Assembly: GCA_965224245.1 (NCBI GenBank)
Contig: OZ245046.1
Location: 5,408,001 to 5,472,000, forward strand
Reading direction: 5' to 3'
Length of the DNA stretch: 64,000 nt
Source of the DNA: Candidatus Eiseniibacteriota bacterium
GTDB taxonomy: Bacteria; Eisenbacteria; RBG-16-71-46; CAZAMP01
Part shown: positions 49,317 to 62,445 of the stretch, piece by piece
How positions within the stretch are numbered: the stretch's first letter is position 1
Layout of the letters: each line of letters starts with the position of its first letter
Translations under genes and position numbers: made by a program
The notes under the pieces: generated by a model
What the model was told of the DNA's origin: nothing
The model's input: only the letters and a program-made list of their open reading frames with translations
The model's database searches: none

Positions 49317-49346
49317 TTGATCGACTTCCGAGGGGCTGGCTAGACT
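49317..49346 (+). promoter_or_regulatory. Promoter of the act-cox operon
   Basis: TTGATC-18-TAGACT, then GGAGG SD before ATG 49376. Confidence 0.5.
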
Positions 49347-49375
49347 CCGCCGGCTGTAATTTGGAGGTCGCACGC

Positions 49376-50023
49376 ATGTCGTTTCGATTCCCGCGCTGGA
49401 CGAACACCATCCGTCCAGTGGCTACCGCCGTACTGCTCGGCGCGCCCGTATATGTAATAGGGCTACTGTGGTACGGCTTCTGGCCCACGACACTGGCCGT
49501 CGGCTACCAGCCCTCGCAGCCCGTCCCGTACAGCCACGAGGTACACGCCGGACAGCTCGGGATCGACTGCCGCTACTGCCACACCACGGTGGAGAGCTCG
49601 CGGTTCGCGTCGATCCCGCCCACCGAGACGTGCATGAACTGCCACCACGGCATCTGGACGCAGAGCGAGAAGCTCCAGCCGGTCTTCGAGAGCTACGCCA
49701 AGGGCACGCCGGTCGAGTGGGTTCGCGTGCACGACCTTCCCGACTTCGTCTACTTCAACCACAGCCGTCACGTGAACAGCGGCGTGGGCTGCGTCGAGTG
49801 CCACGGCCGCGTCGACAAGATGGAGGTGGTCTACCAGGATCAGCCGTTGCACATGGGATGGTGCATCGACTGTCACCGCAATCCCGAGCCGCGCCTGCGT
49901 CCGAAGGAGTTCATCACGAAGCTGGACTGGGTGCCCGACGAGGATCCCGCGGTCCTGGGCGCGCGGCTTCGCGAGGAATACAACGTCAATCCGAACGTGG
50001 AATGCTCGACATGTCATCGATGA
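49376..50023 (+). CDS. actA: Alternative complex III pentaheme cytochrome c subunit
   Basis: N-terminal TM; five CxxCH motifs (CRYCH, CMNCH, CVECH, CIDCH, CSTCH); LPDFVYFNHS. Confidence 0.93.
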   Translation: MSFRFPRWTNTIRPVATAVLLGAPVYVIGLLWYGFWPTTLAVGYQPSQPVPYSHEVHAGQLGIDCRYCHTTVESSRFASIPPTETCMNCHHGIWTQSEKLQPVFESYAKGTPVEWVRVHDLPDFVYFNHSRHVNSGVGCVECHGRVDKMEVVYQDQPLHMGWCIDCHRNPEPRLRPKEFITKLDWVPDEDPAVLGARLREEYNVNPNVECSTCHR

Positions 50024-53000
50024 ACGGCTCGACCCGCCCGGACGCCGGATCGGGCATCCAGCGCAAGGCGTACTGGCGCAGCCTCGACGAGCTGTCGCGA
50101 TCGCCCGAGTTCGCGACGTACCTCGAGCGCGAGTTCCCCGCCGCCGCCCCGAGCGTGATCACCGACGCCACCCGACGGAGCTTCGTCAAGCTCATGGGGG
50201 CATCGGCCGCGCTGGCCGGGCTGGTCGGCTGCCGCTGGCCGAAGGAGAACATCCTCCCGTACTCGCACCGGCCCGAGGGGCGGACGCCCGGCTCGCCGAT
50301 CATGTTCGCCAGCACGTTCGAGCTCGGCGGCGCCGGGATCGGGGTGCTCGTCAAGAGCTACGACGGACGGCCGATCAAGGTCGAAGGCAACCCGGCGCAT
50401 CCGGGTAGCCTCGGCGGCTCCAACGTGCATGCGCAGGCCAGCGTCCTCGAGCTTTACGACCCCGATCGCAGCCAGTACGTGGCCAAGCGGGACGGCGGCT
50501 CGCGCCGTGCCAGCAACCTCCACGCGTTCGACGAGTTCTTCCGCGCGCACCTCGAGGGGCATCGCCGCGCGCGCGGCAACGGCCTGGCCGTCCTCTCGCA
50601 CGAGACGTCGAGCCCGACGGCCGCGCGGCTCCGGGCCGACTTCGCCGCGCGCTACCCCAACGCCCGATGGGTCACCTACGAGCCGCTCTCGCGCGAGAAC
50701 GAGACCGCCGGATCCGCGCTGGCGTTCGGCTCGCCGATGCGCTCGCGCCTCCACCTGGATCGGGCCGACGTGGTGGTCGCGTTCGACGCGGACGTTCTCG
50801 GGAGGCATCCCAACAACGTGCGGCACCAGCGCGACTGGGCGTCGCGCCGCCGCGCCGTCGACGGCGAGATGAACCGCGTCTACGCGATCGAGGCCGACCT
50901 CACGCGCACCGGAAGCGTGGCCGATCACCGCGTCGCGCTCCGGCCCGCCGCGATCGCCGGCTTCGCCAGGCAGCTGGCCAGGCGTCTGGTGGACGCCGGC
51001 GTGCGCAACGCCGCCCTGGACGAGGCCGCCGGGGGCTGGAGCGCCGGATCCGACGACCCCGTGCTCGCCGCGATCGTGGACGATCTCACGCACGCGCGGG
51101 GCCGATCGATCCTCGTGGCCGGACCCGGCCAGCCGCCCGAGGTGCACGCGCTCTGTCACGCGATCAACGTCGCACTCGGCAACGTCGGCCACACGATCAC
51201 GTACGCCATCGAGCCCGAGGGCGGCGCGTCCATCACCGCCCTGGCCGCGCTCGTGGACGAGATGCGCGGCGGATCGGTGTCGACGCTGGTGATCCTCGGG
51301 GGCAACCCGGTCTACGACGCGCCGGTCGACCTCGGCTTCGCCGATGCCCTGGGCCGGGTGGAGACCGTCGTCCATCTGGGGCTCCACGAGGACGAGAGCG
51401 CCGACGCCTCCAGCTGGCACGTGCCGCTGGCTCACTACCTCGAGTCGTGGGGAGACGCCAGAGCCTGGGACGGCAGCGTCAGCATCGTGCAGCCGCTCAT
51501 CGCGTCCCTCTACGGGGGCCGGACGGTGATCGAGATGATCGCGTTCATGAACGGTGACGAGGTGCCCGACGGCTACGCCCTCGTTCGCGAGACGCACGCG
51601 TCGCTCGTGGCCACCCCCGAGGAGATCGGGTGGCGCCGCGCGCTGCACGACGGCATCGTCCCGAGCTCCGCCGCGCCCGCCGAGCGCCCATCGCTCGATT
51701 CGCGGCTCGGCGGACGGCTCGCCGGGTTCACGCCCCGCTCCGAGGGCGAGATGGACGTCGTGTTTCGTCAGGACGCGTCGATCTACGACGGGCGCTTCGC
51801 GAACGTCGGCTGGCTCCAGGAGGTACCCGATCCGCTGACCACGCTCGCGTGGGACAACGCGGCCCTCATGGGGCTCGCGGACGCCGAGCGGCTGGGTCTC
51901 TCGACGCATGACCGGGTCACGCTGTCCCACGGCGGCCGCTCGGTGACGCTCCCGGTCTACGTCATGCCCGGCATCGCCGCGGGTGTCGTGTCGGTCGCGC
52001 TCGGCTACGGCCGCGCGAAGGCGGGTCGCGTCGGCACCGGCACCGGTGTCGACGTCTACGCGCTCCGGTCGTCGGCCGCGCCGTGGACGGCCACCGGGGC
52101 CGGCATCGCCAGGGCGGACGGAAGCTATCGCCTCTGCGTCACGCAGGATCACTTCGCGATCGACCAGGTGGGCATGGAAGGTCGCGAAGAGCGGATGCAC
52201 GAGCTCTACCGCGAGGCCGATCTCGATCACTACAAGTCGCACCCCGACTTCGCCAAGCACGCGATTCACCATCCGCCGCTGGAGTCGCTCTTCGAGGAGT
52301 GGACCTACGAGGGCAGCAAGTGGGGCATGTCGATCGACCTCACCGCGTGCACGGGCTGCCGCACCTGCACCGTGGCGTGTCAGGCCGAGAACAACATCCC
52401 GATCGTCGGCCGTGAAGAGGTTCAGAAGGGCCGCGAGATGCACTGGATCCGCGTCGACCGCTACTTCGTGGGCGAGGCCGAGAGCCCGCAGGTCGCCCAT
52501 CAGCCGGTCACGTGTCACCACTGCCAGAACGCACCCTGCGAGCAGGTCTGTCCCGTGGCGGCCACCGTGCACGATGACGAGGGCCTCAACGTGATGGTCT
52601 ACAACCGCTGCATCGGCACGCGGTACTGCCTCAACAACTGCCCCTACAAGGTCAGGCGCTTCAACTTCCACAACAACATGAAGTACCTGACCGAGACCGA
52701 CAAGATGGGCAAGAACCCCGAGGTCACCGTCCGCAGCCGCGGCGTCATGGAGAAGTGCTCGTTCTGCGTGCAGCGCATCAAGGCGGTCACCCAAGCGGCC
52801 AAGAACGAGAACCGCGCGTTCGTGGACGGTGAGATCCTGACCGCGTGCCAGCAGGCCTGTCCGACCGAAGCCATCGTGTTCGGGGACCTGTCCGACCCCG
52901 AGAGCCGCGTGTCGAAGGCCCAGGCCCACAACCGATCCTACGCGATGCTGGCCGAGCTCAACGTGAAGCCGCGCCTGCACTACATGGCGAAGCTACGCAA

Positions 53001-53106
53001 CCCGGCAGGCTCGCTCGCGACGCCCCACGACGGCGGCGGGGCGGCTCACGGCGCGGGCTCGCACGCCGCCGGCCAGGACACTCACTCCGAGGAGGCGTCG
53101 CACTGA
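50020..53106 (+). CDS. actB: Alternative complex III molybdopterin-oxidoreductase-like / Fe-S subunit
   Basis: YWRSLDEL; Tat motif TRRSFVK and lipobox [14 protein letters not shown]; Fe-S Cys clusters ([27 protein letters not shown]). Confidence 0.93.
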   Translation: MNGSTRPDAGSGIQRKAYWRSLDELSRSPEFATYLEREFPAAAPSVITDATRRSFVKLMGASAALAGLVGCRWPKENILPYSHRPEGRTPGSPIMFASTFELGGAGIGVLVKSYDGRPIKVEGNPAHPGSLGGSNVHAQASVLELYDPDRSQYVAKRDGGSRRASNLHAFDEFFRAHLEGHRRARGNGLAVLSHETSSPTAARLRADFAARYPNARWVTYEPLSRENETAGSALAFGSPMRSRLHLDRADVVVAFDADVLGRHPNNVRHQRDWASRRRAVDGEMNRVYAIEADLTRTGSVADHRVALRPAAIAGFARQLARRLVDAGVRNAALDEAAGGWSAGSDDPVLAAIVDDLTHARGRSILVAGPGQPPEVHALCHAINVALGNVGHTITYAIEPEGGASITALAALVDEMRGGSVSTLVILGGNPVYDAPVDLGFADALGRVETVVHLGLHEDESADASSWHVPLAHYLESWGDARAWDGSVSIVQPLIASLYGGRTVIEMIAFMNGDEVPDGYALVRETHASLVATPEEIGWRRALHDGIVPSSAAPAERPSLDSRLGGRLAGFTPRSEGEMDVVFRQDASIYDGRFANVGWLQEVPDPLTTLAWDNAALMGLADAERLGLSTHDRVTLSHGGRSVTLPVYVMPGIAAGVVSVALGYGRAKAGRVGTGTGVDVYALRSSAAPWTATGAGIARADGSYRLCVTQDHFAIDQVGMEGREERMHELYREADLDHYKSHPDFAKHAIHHPPLESLFEEWTYEGSKWGMSIDLTACTGCRTCTVACQAENNIPIVGREEVQKGREMHWIRVDRYFVGEAESPQVAHQPVTCHHCQNAPCEQVCPVAATVHDDEGLNVMVYNRCIGTRYCLNNCPYKVRRFNFHNNMKYLTETDKMGKNPEVTVRSRGVMEKCSFCVQRIKAVTQAAKNENRAFVDGEILTACQQACPTEAIVFGDLSDPESRVSKAQAHNRSYAMLAELNVKPRLHYMAKLRNPAGSLATPHDGGGAAHGAGSHAAGQDTHSEEASH

Positions 53107-54491
53107 TGGCCACGACCACGCCCGACGTACACATCGAAGAAGATCCTCGGATCCGCGCACCGCTGGTCGAAGGCGACAACGACTTCGCGTCCGTGACCGA
53201 CAAGGTCTGCCGCGTCGTGGAGAGCCCTCCGGGCCTGGCCTGGTGGGGGCTCTTCGGTATCTCGTTCGCGCTCCTCGGCGTCCTGTTCGCGATGATCGGC
53301 TGGCTGTTCTGGGAGGGCGTCGGCGTCTGGGGCGTCAACAACCCGGTCGGTTGGGGATTCGCGATCATCAACTTCGTGTTCTGGGTCGGCATCGGTCACG
53401 CGGGCACGCTGATCTCGGCCATCCTGTTCCTGTTCCGGCAGAAGTGGCGGACCAGCATCAACCGGTTCGCCGAGGCGATGACCATCTTCGCCGTCATCTG
53501 CGCACTCGTGTTCCCGGGCATCCACGTCGGTCGCGTGTGGGTCGTGTGGTGGATGTTCCCGCTGCCGTACCAGCAGGACATGTGGCCCAACTTCCGCAGC
53601 CCGCTCCTGTGGGACGTCTTTGCCGTGGGCACGTACTTCACGGTGTCGCTGCTGTTCTGGTACGTGGGACTCATCCCCGACCTGGCCACGCTCCGCGACC
53701 GCGCCAAGACCAAGATCCGCTACTTCGCGTACGGGGTGCTCGCCGCCGGGTGGCGCGGCTCCTCACGGCACTGGCACCGCTACGAGGTCGCGTACCTCGT
53801 GCTGGCGGCGCTGGCGACCCCGCTCGTGCTCTCGGTGCACTCGGTGGTCAGCTTCGACTTCGCGACGTCCCAGATTCCGGGGTGGCACACGACGATCTTC
53901 CCGCCGTACTTCGTGGCGGGCGCGATCTTCGGCGGCTTCGCGATGGTCCAGACGCTCATCATCCCGAGCCGGGCCATCTTCAAGCTGACCGACATCATCA
54001 CCACCCAGCACATCGAGGTGATGAACAAGATCATCCTCGCCACCGGCATGATGGTCGGATACGCGTACGCGATGGAGTTCTTCATCGCCTGGTACAGCGG
54101 GAACCCGTACGAGTCGTTCGCGTTCGCGAACCGCGCGATGGGCCCCTACGCGTGGGCGTACTGGATCATGATCGGCTGCAACGTGGTCTCGCCGCAGATC
54201 TTCTGGTTCCGGTGGGCGCGTCGCAGCATGATCGTCTCCATGTGCGTGGCCATGTGCGTCAACGTAGGTATGTGGTTCGAACGCTTCGTCATCGTGATCT
54301 CGTCGCTGAGCCGGGACTTCCTGCCGAGCTCGTGGGCGTACTTCAAGCCCACCTGGGTCGACGCGGCCACTCTCGCGGGCAGCTTCGGGCTCTTCTTCAC
54401 GCTGTTCTTGTTGTTCCTCCGCTTCCTGCCCATGGTGGCGATGGCGGAGGTCAAGGGTGTGATGCGCCAGGCGCATCCGTCGCACGACTAG
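53106..54491 (+). CDS. actC: Alternative complex III NrfD/PsrC-type quinol-binding subunit
   Basis: [56 protein letters not shown]. Confidence 0.94.
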   Translation: MATTTPDVHIEEDPRIRAPLVEGDNDFASVTDKVCRVVESPPGLAWWGLFGISFALLGVLFAMIGWLFWEGVGVWGVNNPVGWGFAIINFVFWVGIGHAGTLISAILFLFRQKWRTSINRFAEAMTIFAVICALVFPGIHVGRVWVVWWMFPLPYQQDMWPNFRSPLLWDVFAVGTYFTVSLLFWYVGLIPDLATLRDRAKTKIRYFAYGVLAAGWRGSSRHWHRYEVAYLVLAALATPLVLSVHSVVSFDFATSQIPGWHTTIFPPYFVAGAIFGGFAMVQTLIIPSRAIFKLTDIITTQHIEVMNKIILATGMMVGYAYAMEFFIAWYSGNPYESFAFANRAMGPYAWAYWIMIGCNVVSPQIFWFRWARRSMIVSMCVAMCVNVGMWFERFVIVISSLSRDFLPSSWAYFKPTWVDAATLAGSFGLFFTLFLLFLRFLPMVAMAEVKGVMRQAHPSHD

Positions 54492-54517
54492 CACCCACGA
54501 GTTTCGAGGAGGTCGAG

Positions 54518-55087
54518 TTGAGCTCGACGATGCAAGGTCGGACCAACGGCGCACAGAGCCGCCCCTACGGCTACCTGATGGAGTTCGCCGAGGTCGGTCC
54601 CTTCCTGAGCGCGACCCGCATGGTGCGCGACGCCGGGTTCAAGCACTGGGACACGTTCTCGCCGTTCCCGGTCCATCACATCGAGGACGCCATGGGCATG
54701 CGCCGCACGGTTCTGCCCTTCCTGATCCTCGGGGGCGGCATCACCGGGGCGGCGCTGGGCCTGGTCATGCAGTGGTGGATGAACGCGGTGGACTATCCGC
54801 TCAACATCAGCGGGAAACCCCTGTGGAGTGTCCCCGCGAACATTCCGATCGTGTTCGAGCTCACGGTGCTCCTGGCCGCCTTCGGCGCCGTGTTCGGGAT
54901 GCTGGGAATGAACAAGCTCCCCGAGCTGCACCACCCGCTGTTCGGCTCCGAGCGGTTCAAGCGCGTGACCACCGACCGGTTCTTCATCGCCATCGAGGCG
55001 CGCGACCCGAAGTTCGACGTGGACCGTACGCGCTCGTTCGTGGAATCGCTGGGCGCGACCAGCATCGAGCTGGTGGAGGACGAGTAG
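54518..55087 (+). CDS. actD: Alternative complex III subunit D (DUF3341)
   Basis: DTFSPFPVH, YPLNISGKP, PIVFELTVL; TTG start after GAGGAGG. Confidence 0.9.
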   Translation: MSSTMQGRTNGAQSRPYGYLMEFAEVGPFLSATRMVRDAGFKHWDTFSPFPVHHIEDAMGMRRTVLPFLILGGGITGAALGLVMQWWMNAVDYPLNISGKPLWSVPANIPIVFELTVLLAAFGAVFGMLGMNKLPELHHPLFGSERFKRVTTDRFFIAIEARDPKFDVDRTRSFVESLGATSIELVEDE

Positions 55088-55777
55088 ATGACCGCATGGC
55101 TCCTCAGGCGCGCCCCGTGGCTGGACTTCTCGGATCTGCCGAAGTTCGTCGTCCCCAGCGTGGTCGTGCTGGCGGTGGTGGCGTTGCTGCCCATCGCTCT
55201 GATCGCGAAGGCGCGCACGTCGAAGCGGGCGGCGCCGCGGGTCGAGATCATCCAGAACATGGACAATCAGCCCCGGTTCAAGGCCCAGCAGGCCAATCGC
55301 ATCTTCCGCGACGGACGGGCCATGCGGCCCCCTCTGTACGGCACCGTCGCCGTCGGTGAGCTCCAGGAGGACAGCCATCTCCATCGGGGCACCGTGGACG
55401 GCAACTGGGCCGGCGAGCCGCCGATGCCGATCACGCAGCGGCTGATGCAGCGCGGGCAGGAGCGCTACGACATCCATTGCTCGCCCTGTCACGGGCTCGG
55501 TGGAGAGGGCAACGGCATCGTCGCGCTGCGCGCGGATGCGCTACAGCAGGGAACCTGGGTGCCGCCGTCCTCGTTCCACAGCGCCGCTCTGCGTGACAGC
55601 GCGGACGGATACTTCTTCAACGTGATCACGAACGGCGTTCGCAACATGCCCGCCTACGGATCCCAGGTGAACGTCGAGGATCGCTGGGCGATCGTCGCGT
55701 ACGTTCGAGCACTGCAACAGGCACGGAACGTGGACGCATCCAGTCTGCCGGCGGACGTGCGCTCCAAGCTGCGATGA
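55088..55777 (+). CDS. actE: Alternative complex III monoheme cytochrome c
   Basis: MDNQPRFKAQ, CSPCHG, MPAYG, DRWAIVAYVRALQ. Confidence 0.9.
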   Translation: MTAWLLRRAPWLDFSDLPKFVVPSVVVLAVVALLPIALIAKARTSKRAAPRVEIIQNMDNQPRFKAQQANRIFRDGRAMRPPLYGTVAVGELQEDSHLHRGTVDGNWAGEPPMPITQRLMQRGQERYDIHCSPCHGLGGEGNGIVALRADALQQGTWVPPSSFHSAALRDSADGYFFNVITNGVRNMPAYGSQVNVEDRWAIVAYVRALQQARNVDASSLPADVRSKLR

Positions 55778-55789
55778 GCGAGGCGTAGG

Positions 55790-57013
55790 ATGAAACGAAT
55801 CGTCGACCTGTCCACTCAGGACATCTACGCGGGCGCCGGCGCCGCGCGCATCGGCGTGGTGTCGCTCGTCGTCGGGCTGGCGGCGCTGGCCGCGAGCTTC
55901 TACTTCGGCTTTGCCGGCGGCGTGGGACAGCAGCGGTTCTACTTCAGCTACCTGCACGCGTTCTGCTTCTTCATGAGCCTGGCGCTGGGCGGTCTCTGGT
56001 TCACGTTCATCCAGCACCTCGTGAGCGCCGGCTGGAGCGTGGTGGTCCGTCGCTTCGCCGAGATCCTGATGATCAACGTCGTCCCCATGGCCGTGCTGGC
56101 CATCCCGCTCATCCTGGGGCGCGAGCAGGTCTGGACCTGGCTGAACCCCGACGTCGCGGCCCAGGATGCGCTCGTGGCCAAGAAGGCCGGCTACCTCAAC
56201 CAGTCGTTCTTCCTGACTCGCCTGGGGGTCTACTTCGCGCTCTGGATCCTCCTGGGGATCTTCTTCTACCGGGGATCGGTGTCGCAGGATGCCAACGGCG
56301 ACTTCCGGACGTCGATGCGAATGAAGCGGGTGGCGGCGCCCACCGCGGTGCTGTTCGCGCTGTCGATCTCGTTCTTCGCGTTCGACGTGCTGATGTCCCT
56401 GGATCCGCACTGGTTCAGCACGATCTTCGGCGTGTACTACTTCGCCGGCTCGGTGGTGACCACGTTCGCGGCACTGGTGATCATCTGTCATCTGGCGCAG
56501 CGCGCGGGGAAGGTGCGCGACGTCATCTCGCGCGATCACTACCACGACCTCGGCAAGCTGACGTTCGCGTTCACAGTGTTCTGGGCGTACATCGCCTTCT
56601 CGCAGTTCATGCTGATCTGGTACGCGAACATCCCGGAAGAGACGTCGTGGTACCTCCGGCGCATCGTCGGCGAGTGGCGCGACGTGAGCTGGTTTCTGCT
56701 CTGGGGCCACTTCGTGGTGCCGTTCGTGGCCCTGATCTCGCGTTATCCGAAGAGACGCCCGGCGCTGCTCGTCTTCCCGGCGATCTGGGTGCTCTTCGTG
56801 CACTGGATCGACGTCTACTGGCTGATCATGCCCGAGCTGCCGGGCGCCGCGGAGGGCGTGATTCCCTGGTCGATCACCGACCTCACGTGCTGGCTGGGCG
56901 TGGGCGGCGTGTTCGTGGCGGCGGCGATGTTCCGCGCGCGGAGCGCGGCGCTCATCCCGAAGGAAGATCCTCGACTGAACGAATCCCTGGCCTTCGAGAA
57001 CGTCGGTGGCTAG
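55790..57013 (+). CDS. actF: Alternative complex III subunit F
   Basis: Polytopic; MSLDPHWFSTIFG, HDLGKL, WAYIAFSQFMLIWYANIPEE. Confidence 0.92.
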   Translation: MKRIVDLSTQDIYAGAGAARIGVVSLVVGLAALAASFYFGFAGGVGQQRFYFSYLHAFCFFMSLALGGLWFTFIQHLVSAGWSVVVRRFAEILMINVVPMAVLAIPLILGREQVWTWLNPDVAAQDALVAKKAGYLNQSFFLTRLGVYFALWILLGIFFYRGSVSQDANGDFRTSMRMKRVAAPTAVLFALSISFFAFDVLMSLDPHWFSTIFGVYYFAGSVVTTFAALVIICHLAQRAGKVRDVISRDHYHDLGKLTFAFTVFWAYIAFSQFMLIWYANIPEETSWYLRRIVGEWRDVSWFLLWGHFVVPFVALISRYPKRRPALLVFPAIWVLFVHWIDVYWLIMPELPGAAEGVIPWSITDLTCWLGVGGVFVAAAMFRARSAALIPKEDPRLNESLAFENVGG

Positions 57014-57031
57014 GGCGACGGAGCAACGGTC

Positions 57032-57400
57032 ATGAGTGACGAACGCACGCACGACGGCGAGCACGAACACGGTCACGGTCACGGGGATCCGTTCAGCGAT
57101 CAGTACCTGGTCGACGACGGAGACCCCAGCTCGCGGTCCACGCTGTACGTGGGCGTGGTGGGCGGCGTCCTCCTGGTCGTGATCATCCTGTGGGTGACCA
57201 CGGTGTTCAACAACGTCCTGGAAGAAGAGCGGTTCCGCAAGCAGGTCGAGCCGCTTCCGGCGGATCGGGAGCGCATTCTGGCGCAGCAGGAGACCGAGCT
57301 GAACAGCTACGGCTGGGTGGACGACTCTCTCGGCGTGGCACATGTCCCGATCGACCGCGCGATGGAGATGGTCGTCGCGGAGCGCGCCAGGAACAACTAG
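57032..57400 (+). CDS. ActG-like small membrane protein
   Basis: One TM helix; LNSYGWVD...HVPIDRAME; lies between actF and SCO. Confidence 0.72.
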   Translation: MSDERTHDGEHEHGHGHGDPFSDQYLVDDGDPSSRSTLYVGVVGGVLLVVIILWVTTVFNNVLEEERFRKQVEPLPADRERILAQQETELNSYGWVDDSLGVAHVPIDRAMEMVVAERARNN

Positions 57401-57474
57401 AGGCGACGTCCGGCGCACACCGAAGCGCCCCGACGCCGCGACGCGCCACCGCGCGTGATGGGTAGGTTACGGAC

Positions 57475-58377
57475 ATGGCGAACTCGAAGCGCCACCTCGC
57501 ACACCACGCCGGCACGGCCCGCGCTCTCCGCGGCGCCGTGGCCGCGCTCGCGCTCACCGGCCTCCTGGCGGGCCCCGGCCCGGCGCAACGCGCCGAGCCG
57601 CTCCCCGACGACCTGGAGGGCGTGGACATCATCGAGAAGCTCGGGGCCACGATCCCGCTGGACGTGCCGTTCGTCGACAGCTCGGGCAAGAAGGTCAAGC
57701 TGGGTGATTACTTCGGCGGCGATCGTCCGGTCCTCCTGACGATGAACTACTCGAGCTGCCCGATGCTCTGCTCGCTCCACCTGAACGGTCTCGTCGACGC
57801 GCTGACCGAGCTCGAGTGGACGGCCGGCGGCGAGTTCCGGATGGTCACGATCAGCATCGACCCCACCGAGTCGACCACGCTGGCCCGCAAGACGAAGCAG
57901 CGCTACCTCCAGGACTACGGCCGGCCCGGGGCGGGCGGCGGCTGGGAGTTCCTGACCGGAACCAAGGACGCCATCGACACGATCGCCAACGCGATCGGCT
58001 TCCAGTACCGCTATCTGCCGGACGAGGACCAGTATGCGCACGCGGCGGCCACGTTCATCGTGACCCCCGAGGGGGTCCTGTCCCGCAACCTCTACGGCGT
58101 CGTCTACGACCCGCAGACCATCCGGCTCTCCCTGGTGGAGGCGTCCGAGCATCGCATCGGGAGCGCGCTCGACAAGATCCTCCTCTACTGCTTCCACTAC
58201 GACGAGACCAAGGGCAAGTACGGACCGGCGGCCTTCAACCTGATGCGGGCCGGCGGTGTTCTGACTCTGATCGTCTTCGGCATCACGCTCACCAGCTACT
58301 GGCGCCGGGACGTCCGTCGCAAGCGCGAGCTCGAGGCTCGACACCCGCACGCAATCAAGGACGGGCTACGGACATGA
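57475..58377 (+). CDS. SCO1/SenC family copper chaperone
   Basis: CPMLC (CxxxC) plus conserved His in YAHAA; signal peptide; C-terminal TM. Confidence 0.9.
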   Translation: MANSKRHLAHHAGTARALRGAVAALALTGLLAGPGPAQRAEPLPDDLEGVDIIEKLGATIPLDVPFVDSSGKKVKLGDYFGGDRPVLLTMNYSSCPMLCSLHLNGLVDALTELEWTAGGEFRMVTISIDPTESTTLARKTKQRYLQDYGRPGAGGGWEFLTGTKDAIDTIANAIGFQYRYLPDEDQYAHAAATFIVTPEGVLSRNLYGVVYDPQTIRLSLVEASEHRIGSALDKILLYCFHYDETKGKYGPAAFNLMRAGGVLTLIVFGITLTSYWRRDVRRKRELEARHPHAIKDGLRT

Positions 58378-59369
58378 ACGCGCTCATCATGAGCATCGGC
58401 GGGCTCGCGGGAGCCGTCGCCAGGAAGGCGGGCTCCGACGCCACGTTCTGGATGCCCGAGCAGGCCTCCAGCGTCGCCCCCACGGTCGACTACGTCTTCT
58501 ACGTCGTCTACTGGCTCTCGGTCGTCTTCTTCGTCGGGATCGTGGCCGCGATGCTCCTGTTCGCGTTCCGCTACCGGCGCCGGCACGTGGATCAGCGGGC
58601 GCAGTCGCAGGTCTCTCACAACAACGTGATCGAGACCCTGTGGACGGTGATTCCGCTGGGTCTGGTGGTCTGGATCTTCTGGATCGGCTTCACCGGCTTC
58701 CTGGATCTGCGCACGCCGCCGGCGAACAGCTACCAGATCGCGGTGACCGCGCAGAAGTGGTCCTGGTCGTTCACGTATCCCAACGGCTACGTCACCGACA
58801 AGCTCCACGTGCCGGTGGATCGACCGGTCGAGCTGACCATGACCTCCGAGGACGTGATCCACAGCTTCTTCGTCCCGGCGTTCCGGGTGAAGATGGACGT
58901 CGTGCCCGGCAAGTACACCAAGGCTTGGTTCCAGGCCACGGGCCCCGGCGAGTACCCGCTCTTCTGCACCGAGTACTGCGGCACCCAGCACTCCCAGATG
59001 CTGTCGAACGTCATCGTGCACGAGCCGGGCGGCTTCGAGCCGTGGCTGGCCGAGGCGTCCGAGTGGATCGACAAGATGCCGCCCGCCGAGGCCGGACAGC
59101 GGGTCTACCAGGTGCGCGGGTGCACGCAGTGCCATACGGTCGACGGGGTGAACGGCATCGGTCCCACGTTCAAGGGTATCTTCGGACGTGAAGAGCAGTT
59201 CGCCGACGGCTCGAGGGGGGTCGTCGACGAGAACTACATCCGAGAGTCCATTCTGTATCCGCAAGCGAAGATCGTTGCGGGGTACGAGCCGGTCATGCCG
59301 ACCTACCAGGGTCGACTCAAGGACAACGAAATCACGGTGCTCATCGAGTACCTCAAGACCCTGAAGTAG
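58374..59369 (+). CDS. coxB: Cytochrome c oxidase subunit II with fused cytochrome c (caa3-type)
   Basis: DVIHSF and [12 protein letters not shown] (CuA ligands); CTQCH heme c motif. Confidence 0.94.
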   Translation: MNALIMSIGGLAGAVARKAGSDATFWMPEQASSVAPTVDYVFYVVYWLSVVFFVGIVAAMLLFAFRYRRRHVDQRAQSQVSHNNVIETLWTVIPLGLVVWIFWIGFTGFLDLRTPPANSYQIAVTAQKWSWSFTYPNGYVTDKLHVPVDRPVELTMTSEDVIHSFFVPAFRVKMDVVPGKYTKAWFQATGPGEYPLFCTEYCGTQHSQMLSNVIVHEPGGFEPWLAEASEWIDKMPPAEAGQRVYQVRGCTQCHTVDGVNGIGPTFKGIFGREEQFADGSRGVVDENYIRESILYPQAKIVAGYEPVMPTYQGRLKDNEITVLIEYLKTLK

Positions 59370-59382
59370 GAGGGGAGGCGGT

Positions 59383-61043
<1,661 letters not shown>

Positions 61044-61044
<1 letters not shown>

Positions 61045-62045
61045 TGGCTCAGACGTCCGTGCAGCGTCCCGACTATCTCGGCCATCACTACGACAGCGTC
61101 GAGCAGCAGTTCCAGTCCGGGAAGCTCGGCATGTGGCTGTTCCTGGCCACCGAGATCCTGCTCTTCGCGGGGCTGTTCTGCGCGTACGCGGTCTACCGGC
61201 GCAACCACCCGGAGATCTTCCTGTACGCGCATCACTTCCTGGACACGACGCTCGGCGGCGTCAACACCATCGTGCTCATCTTCTCCAGCGTGACCATGGC
61301 CATCGGCGTCCGGTGCGCGCAGAAGGGTCAGCGCGGCATGCTGGTGCTGATGCTGTCGATCACGTTCCTGTGCGCGTGCACGTTCCTCGGGATCAAGTAC
61401 GTCGAGTACTCCCACAAGTGGAAGCATGGGCTCCTCTGGGGCACGCTCTACGAGGAGCAGGTGGGGCACGGGGCCGAGCACGGCGAGGGCGCGGAGGCCG
61501 GCGCCGGGCACGGCGCCGACGCGACGCACGGCGCGGAGACGACGGGGCTGGCCGACGTCACCGGAACCGAAGCCCTCGGCCACGACGCCGCGATGACGGC
61601 GGCCGACGACACGCACGCGACCGGTGAGGTCGACCTGCACGCCGGTGAGGCCGCGCCCGTCGAGATCGTGGACGCGAAGGTCGCGATGGAGATGGCCAGG
61701 GCCGCCAACGGCGATCACACGGGGACGGAGGTTCCGGCGGCGGGCTCTCTGGTCCCGCGCGCGGCGACGGCCCCGGCCGGTCTGGCCTCGGGGGCGGTGG
61801 CCGACCCGGCCGCGACCCCGCCGCCGAACGTGCACATCTTCTTCGGGATCTACTTCGTGATGACGGGCCTTCACGGGCTCCACGTGGTCATCGGGATGAT
61901 CGTGATCGGATGGCTGATCGTCCGCTCGCTGAAGGGGCACTTCGGCCCCGACTACTTCACACCGGTGGATCTCGGGGGCCTGTACTGGCACATCGTCGAC
62001 CTGATCTGGATCTATCTCTTCCCGCTGCTGTATCTCATCCACTGA
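61044..62045 (+). CDS. Cytochrome c oxidase subunit III with a long His/Ala-rich insertion
   Basis: GMWLFLATEILLF, MTGLHGLHV, GLYWHIVD. Confidence 0.9.
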
Positions 62046-62097
62046 TGACGACGGCGGCACGCACGGCGGCGCACGGGCCGTCGAGGGGTTAGCGGCA

Positions 62098-62445
62098 ATG
62101 TCACACGGCTCGAACGGCGCTCACGTCGGCCACATCGTTCCGCTCCGGCTTCTGGTGGCGGTGGGGGTCACGCTGGCGATCCTGACCGTCATCACCGTCA
62201 CCGTGACGAACTGGGACTTCGGCTACAACGCGAACCTGGCGGTCGCCATGACGATCGCTACGATCAAGGGCGCGCTGGTGGTGCTCTACTTCATGCACCT
62301 TCGCTGGGATCGACCGTTCAACGCGATCATCTTCGTGTCGGCGCTCGCGTTTCTGTCCCTGTTCCTCGGTCTGGCGATGCTCGACACCGGCGAGTACAAG
62401 CACGAGATCATTCCCGGACCGGCGCCGGCCGTCCAGCAGCAGTGA
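62098..62445 (+). CDS. Cytochrome c oxidase subunit IV (caa3 type)
   Basis: Three TM helices; KGALVVLYFMHL. Confidence 0.88.
   Translation: MSHGSNGAHVGHIVPLRLLVAVGVTLAILTVITVTVTNWDFGYNANLAVAMTIATIKGALVVLYFMHLRWDRPFNAIIFVSALAFLSLFLGLAMLDTGEYKHEIIPGPAPAVQQQ

Noticed and set aside
50020..53106. ActB as an active molybdoenzyme
   Set aside because: Context is ACIII, whose B subunit is a Mo-free homolog.
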